A stretch of 64,000 nt of DNA from Squalus acanthias (Eukaryota). Position numbers and translations under genes: made by a program. Location of the stretch: contig CM059433.1 in NCBI GenBank assembly GCA_030390025.1, positions 15,564,001-15,628,000 of the forward strand. The letters are read 5' to 3'. Positions within the stretch are counted from its first letter, which is position 1; every line of letters begins with the position of its first letter. The notes beneath the pieces are model-generated. The model did not search any database. It saw only the letters and a program-made list of their open reading frames with translations, and was not told the origin of the DNA. Positions 37,602 through 49,154 of this stretch are shown here, in pieces.

Positions 37602-38203
37602 GATAGCAAAATACTGCGGATGCTGGAAATCTGAAATAACAACAGAAAACGCTGGAAAAACTCAGCAGGCCAGGCAGCATCCGTGGAGAGAGAAAGAGAG
37701 TTAACGTTTCAGGTCGATGACCTTTCGTCAGAACTGTGAAGAGCCGGAAATCAAATAGATTTAAGGCCAGAGTAAAGCTGGGAAAAGGGGGAGGGGATAA
37801 AAGAACAAAGGGGGAGATGAAGAGACATTAAGAGATATGCAAGGCTAGAGGTGGTGTTAATGTGACAGATTAAGGCTGAAAGAAGTGTGAAATCCACTGG
37901 CAGAATGAAGGATAGCTGCCAGCTTCTAGGAGGAAAAAAAAGGTGGGGGGGGCAAATAAAAGGATGGAAAAAATAAAAAATAAATGTGATTGGAGCTGAG
38001 GTTATGATCTAAAATTGTTGAACTCGATATTGAGTCCAGAGGGCTGTAGCGTGCCTAAACGAAAGATGAGGTGCTGTTCCTCGAGCTTACGCTGCGCTTC
38101 CGTGGAACAGTGTAATAGGCCGAGGACGGTGAGGTCAGAGTGGGAGTGAAGCGGTGAATTAAAGTGACAGGCCACCGGGAGCTCGGGGTCCCCCTTACGG
38201 GGA
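37602..38203 (-). mobile_element. Antisense 3' fragment of a related Penelope inserted in the above
   Basis: Reverse complement of the GIY-YIG end + pLTR; flanked by the direct repeat tactataagcc (37591-37601 and 38204-38214). Confidence 0.85.
37699..37735 (-). ncRNA. Minimal type I hammerhead ribozyme motif in a Penelope pLTR
   Basis: Minus strand AGUU-CUGACGA-A-AGGUC(AUC)GACCU-GAAA-CGUU-AACU: consensus core, stem I, stem II and a palindromic short stem III. Confidence 0.75.
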
Positions 38204-40571
38204 TACTATAAGCCCCCTGACTCCCACAGCTACCTGGACTACACTTCCTCCCACCCCACTTCCTGTAAGGACTCTATTCCATTCTCCCAGTTTCTCCGTC
38301 TCCATCGCTTCTGCTCCGACGATGCCACCTTCCATACCAGTGCTTCCGACATGTCTTCCTTTTTCCTCAACTGAGGATTCCCCTCTACCGTGGTTGGCAT
38401 GGCCCTTGACCGTGTCCGTTCCATTTCCCGTACTTCTGCTCTCACCCCTTCCCCTCCCTCCCAGAACCACGATAGGGTTCCCCGTGTCCTCACCTTTCAC
38501 CAGCCTCCACATTCAATTAATCATCCTGCGCCATTTCCGCCACCTCCAGCGTGATCCCACCACCAAACACATCTTCCCCTCCCCCCCCTTTCAGCATTCC
38601 GAAGGGACCGCTCCCTCCGCAACACCCTAGTCCACTCCTCTACCACCCCCAGCACCCCTTCCCCTTTGCCCGGCACCTTTCCATGCAAGCGCAGGAGATG
38701 CAACACCTGCCCTTTTACCTCCTCCCTTCCCACCGTCCAGGGCCCCAAACACCCCTTCCAGGTGAAACAGCGATTTACTTGTACTTCTTACAATTTAGTA
38801 TACTGTATTCACTGCTCACGATGCGGTCTCCTCTACAGTGGGGAGACCAAACGCAGATTGGGTGACCGCTTTGCGGAAAACCTAAGTTCAGTCAGTAAGG
38901 GTGACCCCGAGCTTCCAGTCGCCTGTCACTTTAATTCTCTGCTCCACTCCCACTCTGATCTCACCGTCCCCGGCCTCTTACACTGTTCCAACGAAGCTCA
39001 ATGTGTGCTCGAGGAACAGCACCTCATCTTTCAATTAGGCACTTTATAGCCTTCTGGACTCAACATCGAGTTCAACAATTTCAGACTATAAATTGGCCCC
39101 TGTAGTTTTTTCTTTTTTTTTCTCTCTTGTTTCCTCACATGGTAGCTGTTAATGTTGCTGCCATCATCATTCACACATCGCCTAGAGCCATCTTTTGTTT
39201 CTTAACTTGTCCCATTACCTTTTGCCTTGCACTATCATCCCTTTTGTCAGTCAATCTCTCCTGCCTTCCATCCCATCACAGACCTTCCCTTTGTTCTTTC
39301 CACCCCTCCTCCCTGCCCCTGCTTAAAAATCTCTCTTCCCTAACCTTTTCCAGTTCTGACGAAGGGTTCGACCCGGATCGTTGACTGTTTCTCCTCTCTT
39401 CGATGCAGCCTGACCTGCTGAGTGTTTCCAGCACTTTCTATTGCTATCTCAGGAAATGATGTTGTCGACATTGGAGAAGATGACGTCATAAGCTTGCTTG
39501 TCAGGATATGATTGGCTGTTGCTGCCCACCTTCATGACCTAATGTGAGTAAAGTCATCTGCCCTGGGAAGTAACCTAGCAAAGCATTCAGCTGTATCTAG
39601 GGATGAGCAATGTCCACATCTCGCGAATGAATTAAAAACAAAAGTTACCTTTTATTCTGAGCCTAGTGACCAGTTAAACATGAATTAAATTCTTCAGAAT
39701 ACCCTGTTCTTTATCATATTACAACTGGTAAACCATTACAATAGCATTGTCAATAGCAGCTAAATGCTTTAAGCGTGGTTAAGAATGCCAGAGGCCATTT
39801 TCCATGACAATGACATGATCTATGCATCTGTGCTTCTGTGGAACCTTTGCATAACTTTAAAATTGTGAACTCCGCTGTTATTTTTAATGTCCTTTCTTGC
39901 TTTGAAAATTGGCGTAAGTTTATTTACTCAAGGCTCCAATCAAGTATGTAATGGCTGCCATCAAGCTCACTGGGTAGGCTTTGCACAGCAGAGAGTTGCA
40001 TTGCCCCAGGTAAAAGACAGAACACACCCATTGCATGCTTCATGACCAACTTCTCCCTGTTGCTGAAGAACAGCTTCAACAACAAGCAGCCAAGCATGCG
40101 ATTAGTTACAGAATCAGGACCATAACATTTGGCATTTAGCTAAAGACATTAGCCTGGTTGTAGTTAGCTTCCTTCCCGGCAAGTTGCATAAACAGGAGTT
40201 GCAACTACTTTTTGATGGTAAAAGTATCTTCGAAGGCAAGTTAAGATGTTGCTAGATTCTTTTAACAAACACCAACAAAATTTATGGACCATATCTGGAA
40301 TGGCCACTAAAGCCAAATGTTCCTTTCAGGGGTACCACTCACCGTCAAGACAGAAACCAACAAGTACAACATCCATTTTCTGGAACTGGCTTTGTTCCCG
40401 ACTACAAAACTTCATATCCTCCTCTTGTACCCAACACTACCTCTTTTTGATGAAGTCCAGGTCATAACTACCTCCCAATGACTTATCTGGCTATTTAATC
40501 CTTATGGATCCTTCTAAAGGGGCAACTCCGAAACCTATTCACACAGTGGGAACCAATAACATCAGACTCGT

Positions 40572-41377
40572 GGGCTGGAATTTTGTGGCGGAAGGTGGGA
40601 TGGGGATGGGGGGCTCCAAGGTAGGCGGGAAACCCGGGAGGCTGGGTTTCCAGCAGGCCCTGCTGACATTAACGGCAGGGCCTGATTCGCATGCAAGGCC
40701 TTGGTTTCCCGTCCGCAGCCAGCCAGATTGAGAGGCTGGCTCACTGTGGGCGGGTAGTCCTTCGGCTGAACAGAGGAGGGAGGGCCGGGCCGTTAAATGG
40801 ATCAGGGTGTGGGGGGGGGAGAGAGGATCGAGGGTCGGGCAGATGATCGAGGGGTGGGGGTGGGGGTGGGAGAGGATGATGGAGGAGGGTTGAAGGGAAG
40901 ATCATAGCCGGCCACTGGAGGATCGTGGCGGGCCTGAGCAAGATCGCTGGTGTGGGGGTGGGGAATGCCTGGGGAGGTGATCGGAGGCCTCGTGAAGGGG
41001 GTCTCCGATTGCAGGGGTGTGGGTTAGGCAGGGACCCTGGATCCAGGAGGTAGGTATAAAGGCTCTTACCTCCTGGATCCAGCAGTCCCCCATCTTGCTG
41101 TAACTGCCGGGTTTCACGAATTGTGTGAAACCCGTCCCCAGGCAGTTAAATTCAAAATGGAGGTTCAAAAAGAGGCTTCCAGCCTCATTATAATATTTAA
41201 ATTGACGCTCCACCCCCGGGAGCGGGTTGGTCGCCCGCCCCCCGTCCCACCTCCGTTAAAACCGGAAGTGGGCGGGTTGGAGGCGGGATCAGGTCGGGAA
41301 TCCCATTTTTTAACAATTTAACTACCCCCACGCGCCAAACCCACCCGTTTTTTTTTTTAAGGTTAAAACTCCCCCCC
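40572..41377 (+). mobile_element. MITE family B copy
   Basis: Right half nearly identical to 28070-28445; gggctggaatttt left end. Confidence 0.85.
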
Positions 41378-41529
41378 ATAGATATTTAAAATGATCAAAC
41401 ATGATGATGCCCTGCATTTTCTGTTCTCGCTCCTCCATTTTTGGGAGGCATCATTAGATCAGAGCATTGCAGAGGCCCTGTGATGGCAGCCGTTCTGTCC
41501 ACAGAAATATTCAATCCTCTCTCCAGATC

Positions 41530-43480
41530 AGCAATTGAGAAAGCCCCTCCCCAGGAGTTTTACTCCGGATACATTGTTATCACACTATATCCAATCCTCG
41601 AGCTTTGAGCCATTACATACAGAAAGAAAGTTTCGAAATGATGGCCCTCCCACATATTATGCAAGCAGCACATTAGCTGGCAGCCACAGACCTGAAAGAT
41701 GCATACTTCCATGTGGTCATTTGGCATTACCAAAACTTCCTGCAATTTAATTTCAGGGGACAAAGCTATCAATAGAAGGTTCTTCCATCCAGCTTTTCTT
41801 CTGCATTATGAATCTTCACCTGTTGCCTATCAATGGTAGTGGTGCATCTAAGTCTCTAACACCTCCATATATACCCCTATTGGAGCAACGGACTCACTAG
41901 AACCTCATTCAGGAATTCTGTTGCTAACATTGACAGCAGATCCCCTGAATAGTGCCAGGGTTGGGGATTTTTAGTCACCACATTAAAATTCTACTCATTC
42001 CTTCTCAAGGGCCAATAATTTTGAGAGCTTCATTTCCACTTCTCTCCAAGAAATATTTCTTCCACCAAGAGGTTTGTGATCCTCAGAGACCTGATCCTAC
42101 CCATTCAGAAAGGCACAATCATCCCAGCCTCCCTGTACATGCATATTGGGAGATGTGTCCTTTCAGCCATGTAGGGTTCACCCTCTTTCTAAGTGGTACA
42201 ACTTTATGCAGCTCCAACAGTATGAATACTGAAGCAGCTAGCAGTTTTATGGTCCCAACTGCCTACCTACTCATAAGTGCTCTCTAGCTCTGACAGTGAT
42301 CACGTCAATCTGCCCACTTTCCCTCCTCATAATGATCAACATAGCAGCAGTTCACAACCTTTCCTGGTGGATACAGCAGACTAGTGTTCGACAAGGAATC
42401 TCCCTCTGTCCTTCTCAAATCTCAATAACTATAGATGCTTCCCTCACTAGATGAGGAGACTTACTTCCAGGAGAATCAAAGACAAGGCAAGTGTACTTCA
42501 CTTCAGTTCAAATAGCACAATAACCAACTCAAGCTGAAAATGGTACAGTTAGCGCTTAAACACGTCCAGCCTTCAATATGAGGAAGGTCAGTCTGTATTT
42601 ACACCATTTTTTGTTATCTCAACAAGCCGGGAGGACCTCATTCACACCATCCATCTCATTCGTTAGTGTCTAGCCCAATTGATGACTCTTCACAGACACC
42701 ATTTGGCACGTATATTCAATTTAACAACAAATACACTCACTCATTTCATCATCTGACCCCTCTCGTGGAAACGTCACCCAACTGTTGTTGAACACTGGGG
42801 ATTTCCAAAGATCGATCTGTTTGGCAACAAAATTGCCAAAATCTATGCCAGAATTAGATCATCAGCTTGGATAATCAATGAGCCCTCTTTTCCATAGATG
42901 CATATTTTTATATGCCCCTTCCTCTAATCCTGCAAATAATTCAAAATAATCAAACAGATGGAGCCCGCTTAATTCTAATAAGAACATAAGAAATAGGAGC
43001 AGGAGTTGGCCATTCGGTCCTTCGAGCCTGCTCCGTCATTCAATAAGATCATGGCTGATCTTCTACCTCATCTCCACTTTCCTGCACTATCCCCATATCC
43101 CTTGATTTCCTTAATATTCAAAAATCTATCGATCTCTGTCTTGAATATACTCAATGACTGAGCCTCCACAGCTCTCTGGAGTAGAGAATTCCAAAGATTC
43201 ACCACCCTCTGAGTGAAGAAATTTCTCAACATCTCAGCTCTAAATGGTCTGAGACTATGACCCCTGGTTCTAGACTCCCCAGCCAGGGAAACATCCTCCC
43301 TGCATCTACCCTGTCAAGCCCTGTAAGAATTTTGTATGTTTCAATGAGATCACCTCTCATTCTTCTAAACTCTAGAGAATATGGGCCTAGTCTACTCAAT
43401 CTCACCTCATGGGAAAATCCCCCCCATCCCAGGAACCAGTCTGGTGAACCTTCTCCTTATTGGCCATGGTGGTCTTCTCA
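41530..43480 (+). mobile_element. Ancient DIRS-type (tyrosine-recombinase class) retrotransposon remnant
   Basis: 41677-41850 translates to LAATDLKDAYFHV.I..YQNFLQF.F.GQSYQ*KVLP..FSSAL*IFT.CL (DIRS RT). DLF.., D.ARLILI|SPYWP remnants of the MT-like region flank the CR1 insertion. Confidence 0.75.
42977..43452 (-). mobile_element. CR1 3' portion inserted in the DIRS remnant
   Basis: Near-identical to 24998-25480. Confidence 0.9.
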
Positions 43481-43833
43481 CTAGCTGAGGTGAAGTGTGA
43501 AAATCGCAGCAAATAAATCCCTGAATCAGTGTTGAAACACTAATGGCAGCATCATAGAATTGTGGGCTAGCTTAAATTCTGAGTCCACAGAGATTCCCCT
43601 CTCAGCCGAACTGCTGCAGAACAGTGCTGAGCACAGGCTGCATGAATAGGGGAGGGAAAAATCAACTGGGGAGTCTCCACGGGGCCGACACAAGCAACGC
43701 ACATTGCAGAAGCGGCCTGCACCACAGGATATGTGTACGCTAAGTAGGACCAATGTAAAGAGAAAAAAAAGACAATGTGTGATCTCACAGTAGAATAATT
43801 AGTTCAAAAGTTAAATGGATTCCTAGGTACTGA

Positions 43834-43990
43834 GGCCTAGAAATTCGCCTCGAGCGCTGGTGCAAAACGGGCGGTATCGGATGGGCCGCCCATTGCAGTC
43901 AATGGAACTGTATATCCGGCGCTGTGTATGACAGGCGGCCGACCCGATACCGCCCGTCTTGCCTCACCGCCCAAGACGAATTTCTAGGCC
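43834..43990. mobile_element. 157-bp fold-back MITE
   Basis: GGCCTAGAAATTCG/CGAATTTCTAGGCC ends, inner arms acgggcggtatcgg/ccgataccgcccgt, flanks tga/aga. Confidence 0.8.
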
Positions 43991-44441
43991 AGAGGGTTAT
44001 AGAGATTGGGTTCATGGAGTCTTTGTACAGACCTTCCCTCTGGAGGCCAAATAGATTGGGTAGTTAGGCAGAACTGTTTTACACAAAGGGCAATAGATAT
44101 ATATGGAATACGTTACCAGGAAGGTTCATTGTGCTAAATAACAAATGGTTTCAAGAGACAATTAGACGTGTTTCTGGAGAGCAGGGAGATAGGCGAATGA
44201 GATAAGATCAGGTTTACCTCCTGTTCCTATCATTTTCTGTGCTTTTCTCAGACTAGTGTCTCCGTGAGTGGGTAGGTTATACATGGAAAAGCAGGCTTCT
44301 GAAAGAGAAAGCGAGGTTAGCATTTAGGCCTTCAGCACCCAATTGTGTGTTTCCATCATCGAGTTCAGATTTCCAGCATTTGCAGTTTTCTTTCTAATTT
44401 AGGAAAAGATAGTCTACTTGATGCAGCGATTTATCCAATTA

Positions 44442-44797
44442 CAGGAAACTCTTTCGTATCCGGCACCGACGGGACCGGGGATGGTGCCAGTTGATTAAAA
44501 ATTCCGGATAACGGAGAGGTATATCTGACGAGGCTATTTTTAACAAACAAAAATAAAAAAATCAAGAAATGTGCAGTATAATTGGGTACTCCCCTACAGA
44601 ATGTTGTGTTAAATGAATGGTGGAAGATGCTTGATTAAGTACAGTAATGCCAGTTGAGGGTAATCCATAACTCTTTAATTACTTAACAGTAAAACAAAAC
44701 TTATAAACGACTGTATACTGTAGTTTTCGGAGTATGAATTCTGCCGGTTATTAGAGAATTCCGGATATGTAGGTGCCGTTTAAACGAGAGTTTCCTG
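44442..44797. mobile_element. Tc1/mariner (Tigger/pogo-like) MITE
   Basis: TA|CAGGAAACTCT...AGAGTTTCCTG|TA with TA TSD. Confidence 0.85.
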
Positions 44798-44799
44798 TA

Positions 44800-44985
44800 C
44801 AATGCGAGAGGAATGAAAGTTGCGCGCGCTGAGAGCATCTGATCGAAGGCTGTTGATGAAAAAAGAGAGAAATCATCAGCAAAGGAGCGATTAGGATTGG
44901 ATGATGAATGGAGGAGGTCATTGAGATGGAGAAGGAAACAAAGTGGGAGAGAGAACAGAGTCCTGAGAACTCTAGAGATCATGGG
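44800..44985 (-). mobile_element. Old LINE RT fragment
   Basis: FLLHLNDLL..SSNP..SFADD motif in ORF 44701-44982. Confidence 0.6.
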
Positions 44986-45494
44986 GAAAAGAGCTGATGT
45001 CTATTATAGCTGAATCCCCATAACCCAGACCTCAGAAACAGCAGCTCTTTTATTCTATGTTTAATTCAAATCCTACAGATGAATATATTGTTCTAACCTC
45101 GCTACAATTAGGTTGCACTTTATACTCCTGGGAATAGGTACCAGCAACTAAAGAAAAAATGTATTTACGAACTAATACCATCTTCCTTTTAGTGGTTTGT
45201 TGGTTAAAGGCGTACTTTCGATGTTATTGTAATATAAGCTACCGAAGATTCTATTTCTCTGAGGATTCTTTACTGCAAATGCTCTTGAGGACAGAATTTT
45301 GATTTGTTGCACTTCTGCCCCAGGCTGACTTTTAAAATGATACCTTGTGGTGGAGCTAATAGTGCAATTGGGCCCTGTGTTGGCCATTTTATACCCTTTA
45401 GTGCTGTAATTTTTAGCACTATTCTTTCATTACTATCTTAATCTTGATTTGTGCAATGAGCAGCGTACACAAGTTAAGAAAATTACTGTTCAAA

Positions 45495-45875
45495 GAACAA
45501 CGCCTTCAATTTAAAATTCTCATCTTTGTGTTTCAATACCTTCACAGGCTCATCCTTCCCTATCTCTGTAATCTTACAACCCTCTGAGAACTCTGCATTG
45601 CTCCAACTCTGGCCTATTGTGCATCCCCCCACTCGGTTTGCCATCCCATTGGCGGCGGTCCCTTTTGCCGTCTGGGCCCTAAGTTCTGGAATTCCCTCCC
45701 TAAATCCATCCGCCTCTCTCTCCTCCTTTTAAAACCCTGCCGAAAAGCTTTTTGTCACCCCTCCTGTGTCTCCTTCTTTGGCTTGTTGTTGATTTTTGTC
45801 TGGTTTTGCTTCTGTGAAGTGTCTTAGGGTTTTTTTCTATGTTAAGACTGTTACATAAATGCCAGTTGTCATTGT
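45495..45875 (+). mobile_element. L2 3' fragment
   Basis: Aligns by eye with 1640-2068. Confidence 0.75.
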
Positions 45876-46053
45876 TGAAGGGAGGAATCTGTCAGGTTGC
45901 AGACAGAAACCATACAGGTGGATTTCAAACTGTTATGAGAAATAGGTTGCCTGTTATTTTCTGCCATATTGCTAAGCCCAGCAACACTTACCCTTCTTCT
46001 GGTGTATCAATATTTTCACTGGTGGCAAAATAAGATACTCAGTCAGAACTCAC

Positions 46054-46528
46054 CTGTAATAAATGGACAGAAGAGGTTTCGCGACCTGAAGTTTGCTTGG
46101 AGCCAACCCAACACACCCTCTAGCTGAAATTGCATTAGCCCCCTGAGTCTCTTCAGGTAGGGGGGGAAGCTCCAGATCTCGTACAACTCAGTCAGGGACT
46201 TCTGCAGCTGCCTGTGATGCGCTGCCATGATCTGTACTTCCCTGAGCTGCTTGTCTATAACCTCTTCTGTGTCTGGGACATTCCCTTTTCAAGCGTTGAA
46301 CGGCATCGTTTATTCATAGCTGAATAAACTCCCATTTCTGAGACCCTTGCGCAAGCAAAATATTCCAGCCAAACTCTAGCCATGGGTGTTTCTGTGGTTG
46401 GCCATAGTCACCAAACGCAGGCAGCTTTGTCCTTTACATAATGGTAGTCGTTCTCCAGGCTACCGTGCATATTGTGAAAAAGCAGCTCGTGTCTCCCAAT
46501 CCCCTTGCATGCAACCCATTCACCATTA
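46054..46528 (-). pseudogene. Internal 475-bp exon of the same unidentified disabled gene
   Basis: Acceptor ttgaccccttacttttacctag| and donor CAG|GTGAGT. Protein-like frame with two +1 shifts and one TGA; ends in phase 1, matching the 37379 exon. Confidence 0.6.
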
Positions 46529-46564
46529 CTAGGTAAAAGTAAGGGGTCAATCTAACTATACTAC

Positions 46565-46900
46565 CATAAGAAACACAAGAACATAAGAAATAGGAGCAGG
46601 AATAGGCCACTTGGCCCCTCGAGCCTGCTCCGCCATTCAATGAGATCATGGCTGATCTTGGGCTCAAAGCCACTTCCCTGCCTGCTCCCCATAACCCTTC
46701 ACTCCCTTATCTTGCAAAAATCTGTCTATCTCCACCTTAAATGTATTTAATGACCCTGCCTCCACGGCTCTCTGGGGCAGAGAATTCCACAGATTTACGA
46801 CCCTCTGAGAGAAGAAATTCCTCCTCATCTCAGTTCTAAAAGGGCGACCCTTTATTCTGAAACTATGCCCCCGAGTTCTAGATTTCCCCACGAGGGAACT
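46565..46900 (-). mobile_element. CR1 3' end
   Basis: RTRGHS.RIKGRPFRTEMRRNFF and a tail repeat. Confidence 0.9.
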
Positions 46901-47049
46901 GCATAACTGACTGGTTTATACCTGATGAGTTCACATGGCCTCCTAGTTTGTATTGCAGAATTTCTCAGAGACCAGCACTCGTTCGCCATTCCGCACCACA
47001 TTTAAAACACCTGACCTCATTGCCACATTTCTTTAGCCTGAGCTTGCAG

Positions 47050-48900
47050 ATCTTAAGTATGTACTTGTCCTGCATAAAATTGTTTTAATGTCCAGAAATA
47101 AAGATGTTCCATTTGCCTTCTACTGAAATTCTGACACAGATCCTCCTCTAATCCACTTGTGTCAATTCTTCCATCATAGGCTGACCATACTTCTCCATTT
47201 TCCGGGGACAGTCCCGGATGAGGTACTGTATCCCCGGGCAAACAACGTCCTCGGAAGAGTCCCCTGTTCAGGAAACTCGTCCCCGAATGGAGTCTTATTT
47301 ATTGGTCCGCTGGTCGGCAGGAGTTGGATTTTAACTTTATTTTTGGATAAACTCGAAAAATTCAATCTTTGTTTTTTTTAAACACAAATGTACAGAAACC
47401 CCGGGGGGAGCTTCTTGTCCTGTTTGTGCCCAGTTTGAGCTCAGGAACAGATTCCAGGAGCCGATTGAACGGAGGCGACGATGGCGGTCCCGCCTTCCCA
47501 CAATGCAGTGCAGCAGGGAAAAGGCCCCATCGATAGCTCGGCCCCACTGCACTCTGGGGGATTGAGTCACCTGACCCTGCGTTTCAGCCAATAGTAACTG
47601 ACCAGAGGTCAGATCCTTTAAGATGCGCGGGAGAAGCCGAGGGCGTGGTGAGAGCTGGTGGGTGAGCGGATTTACTTTACCTCAGAGATCAGTATGGTGC
47701 ATCGTTTTTTTTTAACTGAATAAGGCAAGCTCTAAATTCTCCCACCAGGAAGAGGTTTCTGAAACCTTCTGAGACAGAGGGTGTTTCACACCTTATATGG
47801 TAAATCTCAGTCTGTTTAGAACAGATTTAAAATTGAGAAATTAAAAGTTCGGGTATTCAGGGACGAGTACAGATCGTACAGCATGATTGCCAGAACGCAC
47901 GCAAGATTCGAGATTCGGTGTAAAGTGAAAATGGCGTTGTCTCTACGCGTATTCAACTAGCAGAAGCAACAAAGTCGTCAAGCCAGTTTTCTTGAAACAC
48001 GTTCTGGCTACTTTGCTGTGCTCCCATCCTGTGTCTCCCCGGATTCGGTTTAGAAAATATGGTCACCCTGTTCCATCATCTCTTTGAATTTAGCCCTTTT
48101 CAGTTATAAACTTGGCTCCAGTTCTTTGGTGTGATTGAGTGTCAGGTCTAAGCTTGATAATTCTGTGGTTACTGTCCCCCAGTGGTGCTATAACTTCATT
48201 TACTTTGGATATTTACAAATACTAGGTCAAGATGAGCACTGACTCTAATGGATTCCCTTATGCATTGAGTCATGAAGCTGCCATACATTACATTAACCAA
48301 CTCTGATTCTAAACCATTTGGGTTTTCACAATTTATATTAGGTTGATTGAAGTCTCTCATTAAAATAACTTTCCTGTTCTCATACACCCTACTTATTTCT
48401 TCATTGAACAAACTATCCTCCTTCCTGTGTTGACTTGGTGATCAATGGCACACTGTTAGTGTTAGATTGGATCATTATGCATTAGAGATGTCTAACCAGA
48501 GTAGTTCATTTGGTAGCTTTTTGCCTCCCACTGGATCAACTTCTTTTACCTACCATGTGTTCCTGACATGTAGATCGACACCACCTCCTTTTCTGTCCAC
48601 TCTGTCTTTTCTAAACACTCCATACCCCTGAGCGTTTTATCGTTTTTATTGTCTGGATTAAGCGATGTTTCTGAAATTTCCACCCCCCCACATCGCAGTT
48701 CCCTACCACCATAACAGCCTCCAGTTCCAGCATCTTGTTTCTAATATTTTGAGCATTCATGTACATGCATTCACTATTAGATGTTCCTCCTCTTGCATCC
48801 CCCTGTGCCTGCCTACTCATGGTTTCTGTCCATGTGTGTCTGAAGCATGACATGTAGACGCACTGGTTGGACCCTTTGTAACATTTAGGATTGTACAACA
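47050..48900 (-). mobile_element. Old CR1 endonuclease-region remnant, split by a hAT element
   Basis: CMYMNAQNIRNKMLELE, DR.DRKGGGV and ILM.DFNQPNIN...LDLVF motifs. Confidence 0.7.
47177..48070 (+). mobile_element. Non-autonomous hAT (Tip100-like) element, 894 bp
   Basis: TIRs TAGGCTGACCATA/TATGGTCACCCTG with perfect 8-bp TSD ttccatca (47169-47176, 48071-48078). Confidence 0.92.
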
Positions 48901-49154
48901 ATTCAGCCAAATACAGTTCTCTTTAAATAGTTATTCCTCAGCAACAATAAAAAGTGGGTCTGCTAAAGTTTTAATGTTAGTTGATCCATGGACTGTGAAG
49001 AACTGTTAGTGAAATGTTCAGTAAATTTTTTTTTAATTTAGCATCAACTTATTTTGTAACTCTAATTAGCACTTAGCAAAATAAATTTTAATAAAATTGC
49101 AAAAAGATTAACATTTCAGACCGTGAGGCAATATTAAAAACTGAGATTTATTTT

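Larger units (their letters stand above)
37520..39450 (+). mobile_element. 5'-truncated Penelope-like element (RT end, GIY-YIG, pLTR), decayed
   Basis: LPFLD..V.I, YYKP.DSHSYLDY.SSHP, C.RRRCNTC linker and NLVYCIHCSRCGLLYSGETKR; pLTR with a mutated hammerhead at ~39351-39387. Confidence 0.88.

Noticed and set aside
47053..47365. Minus-strand ORFs that could be an upstream exon of the pseudogene
   Set aside because: They span the hAT left end and a CR1 remnant, and the splice phase does not fit.
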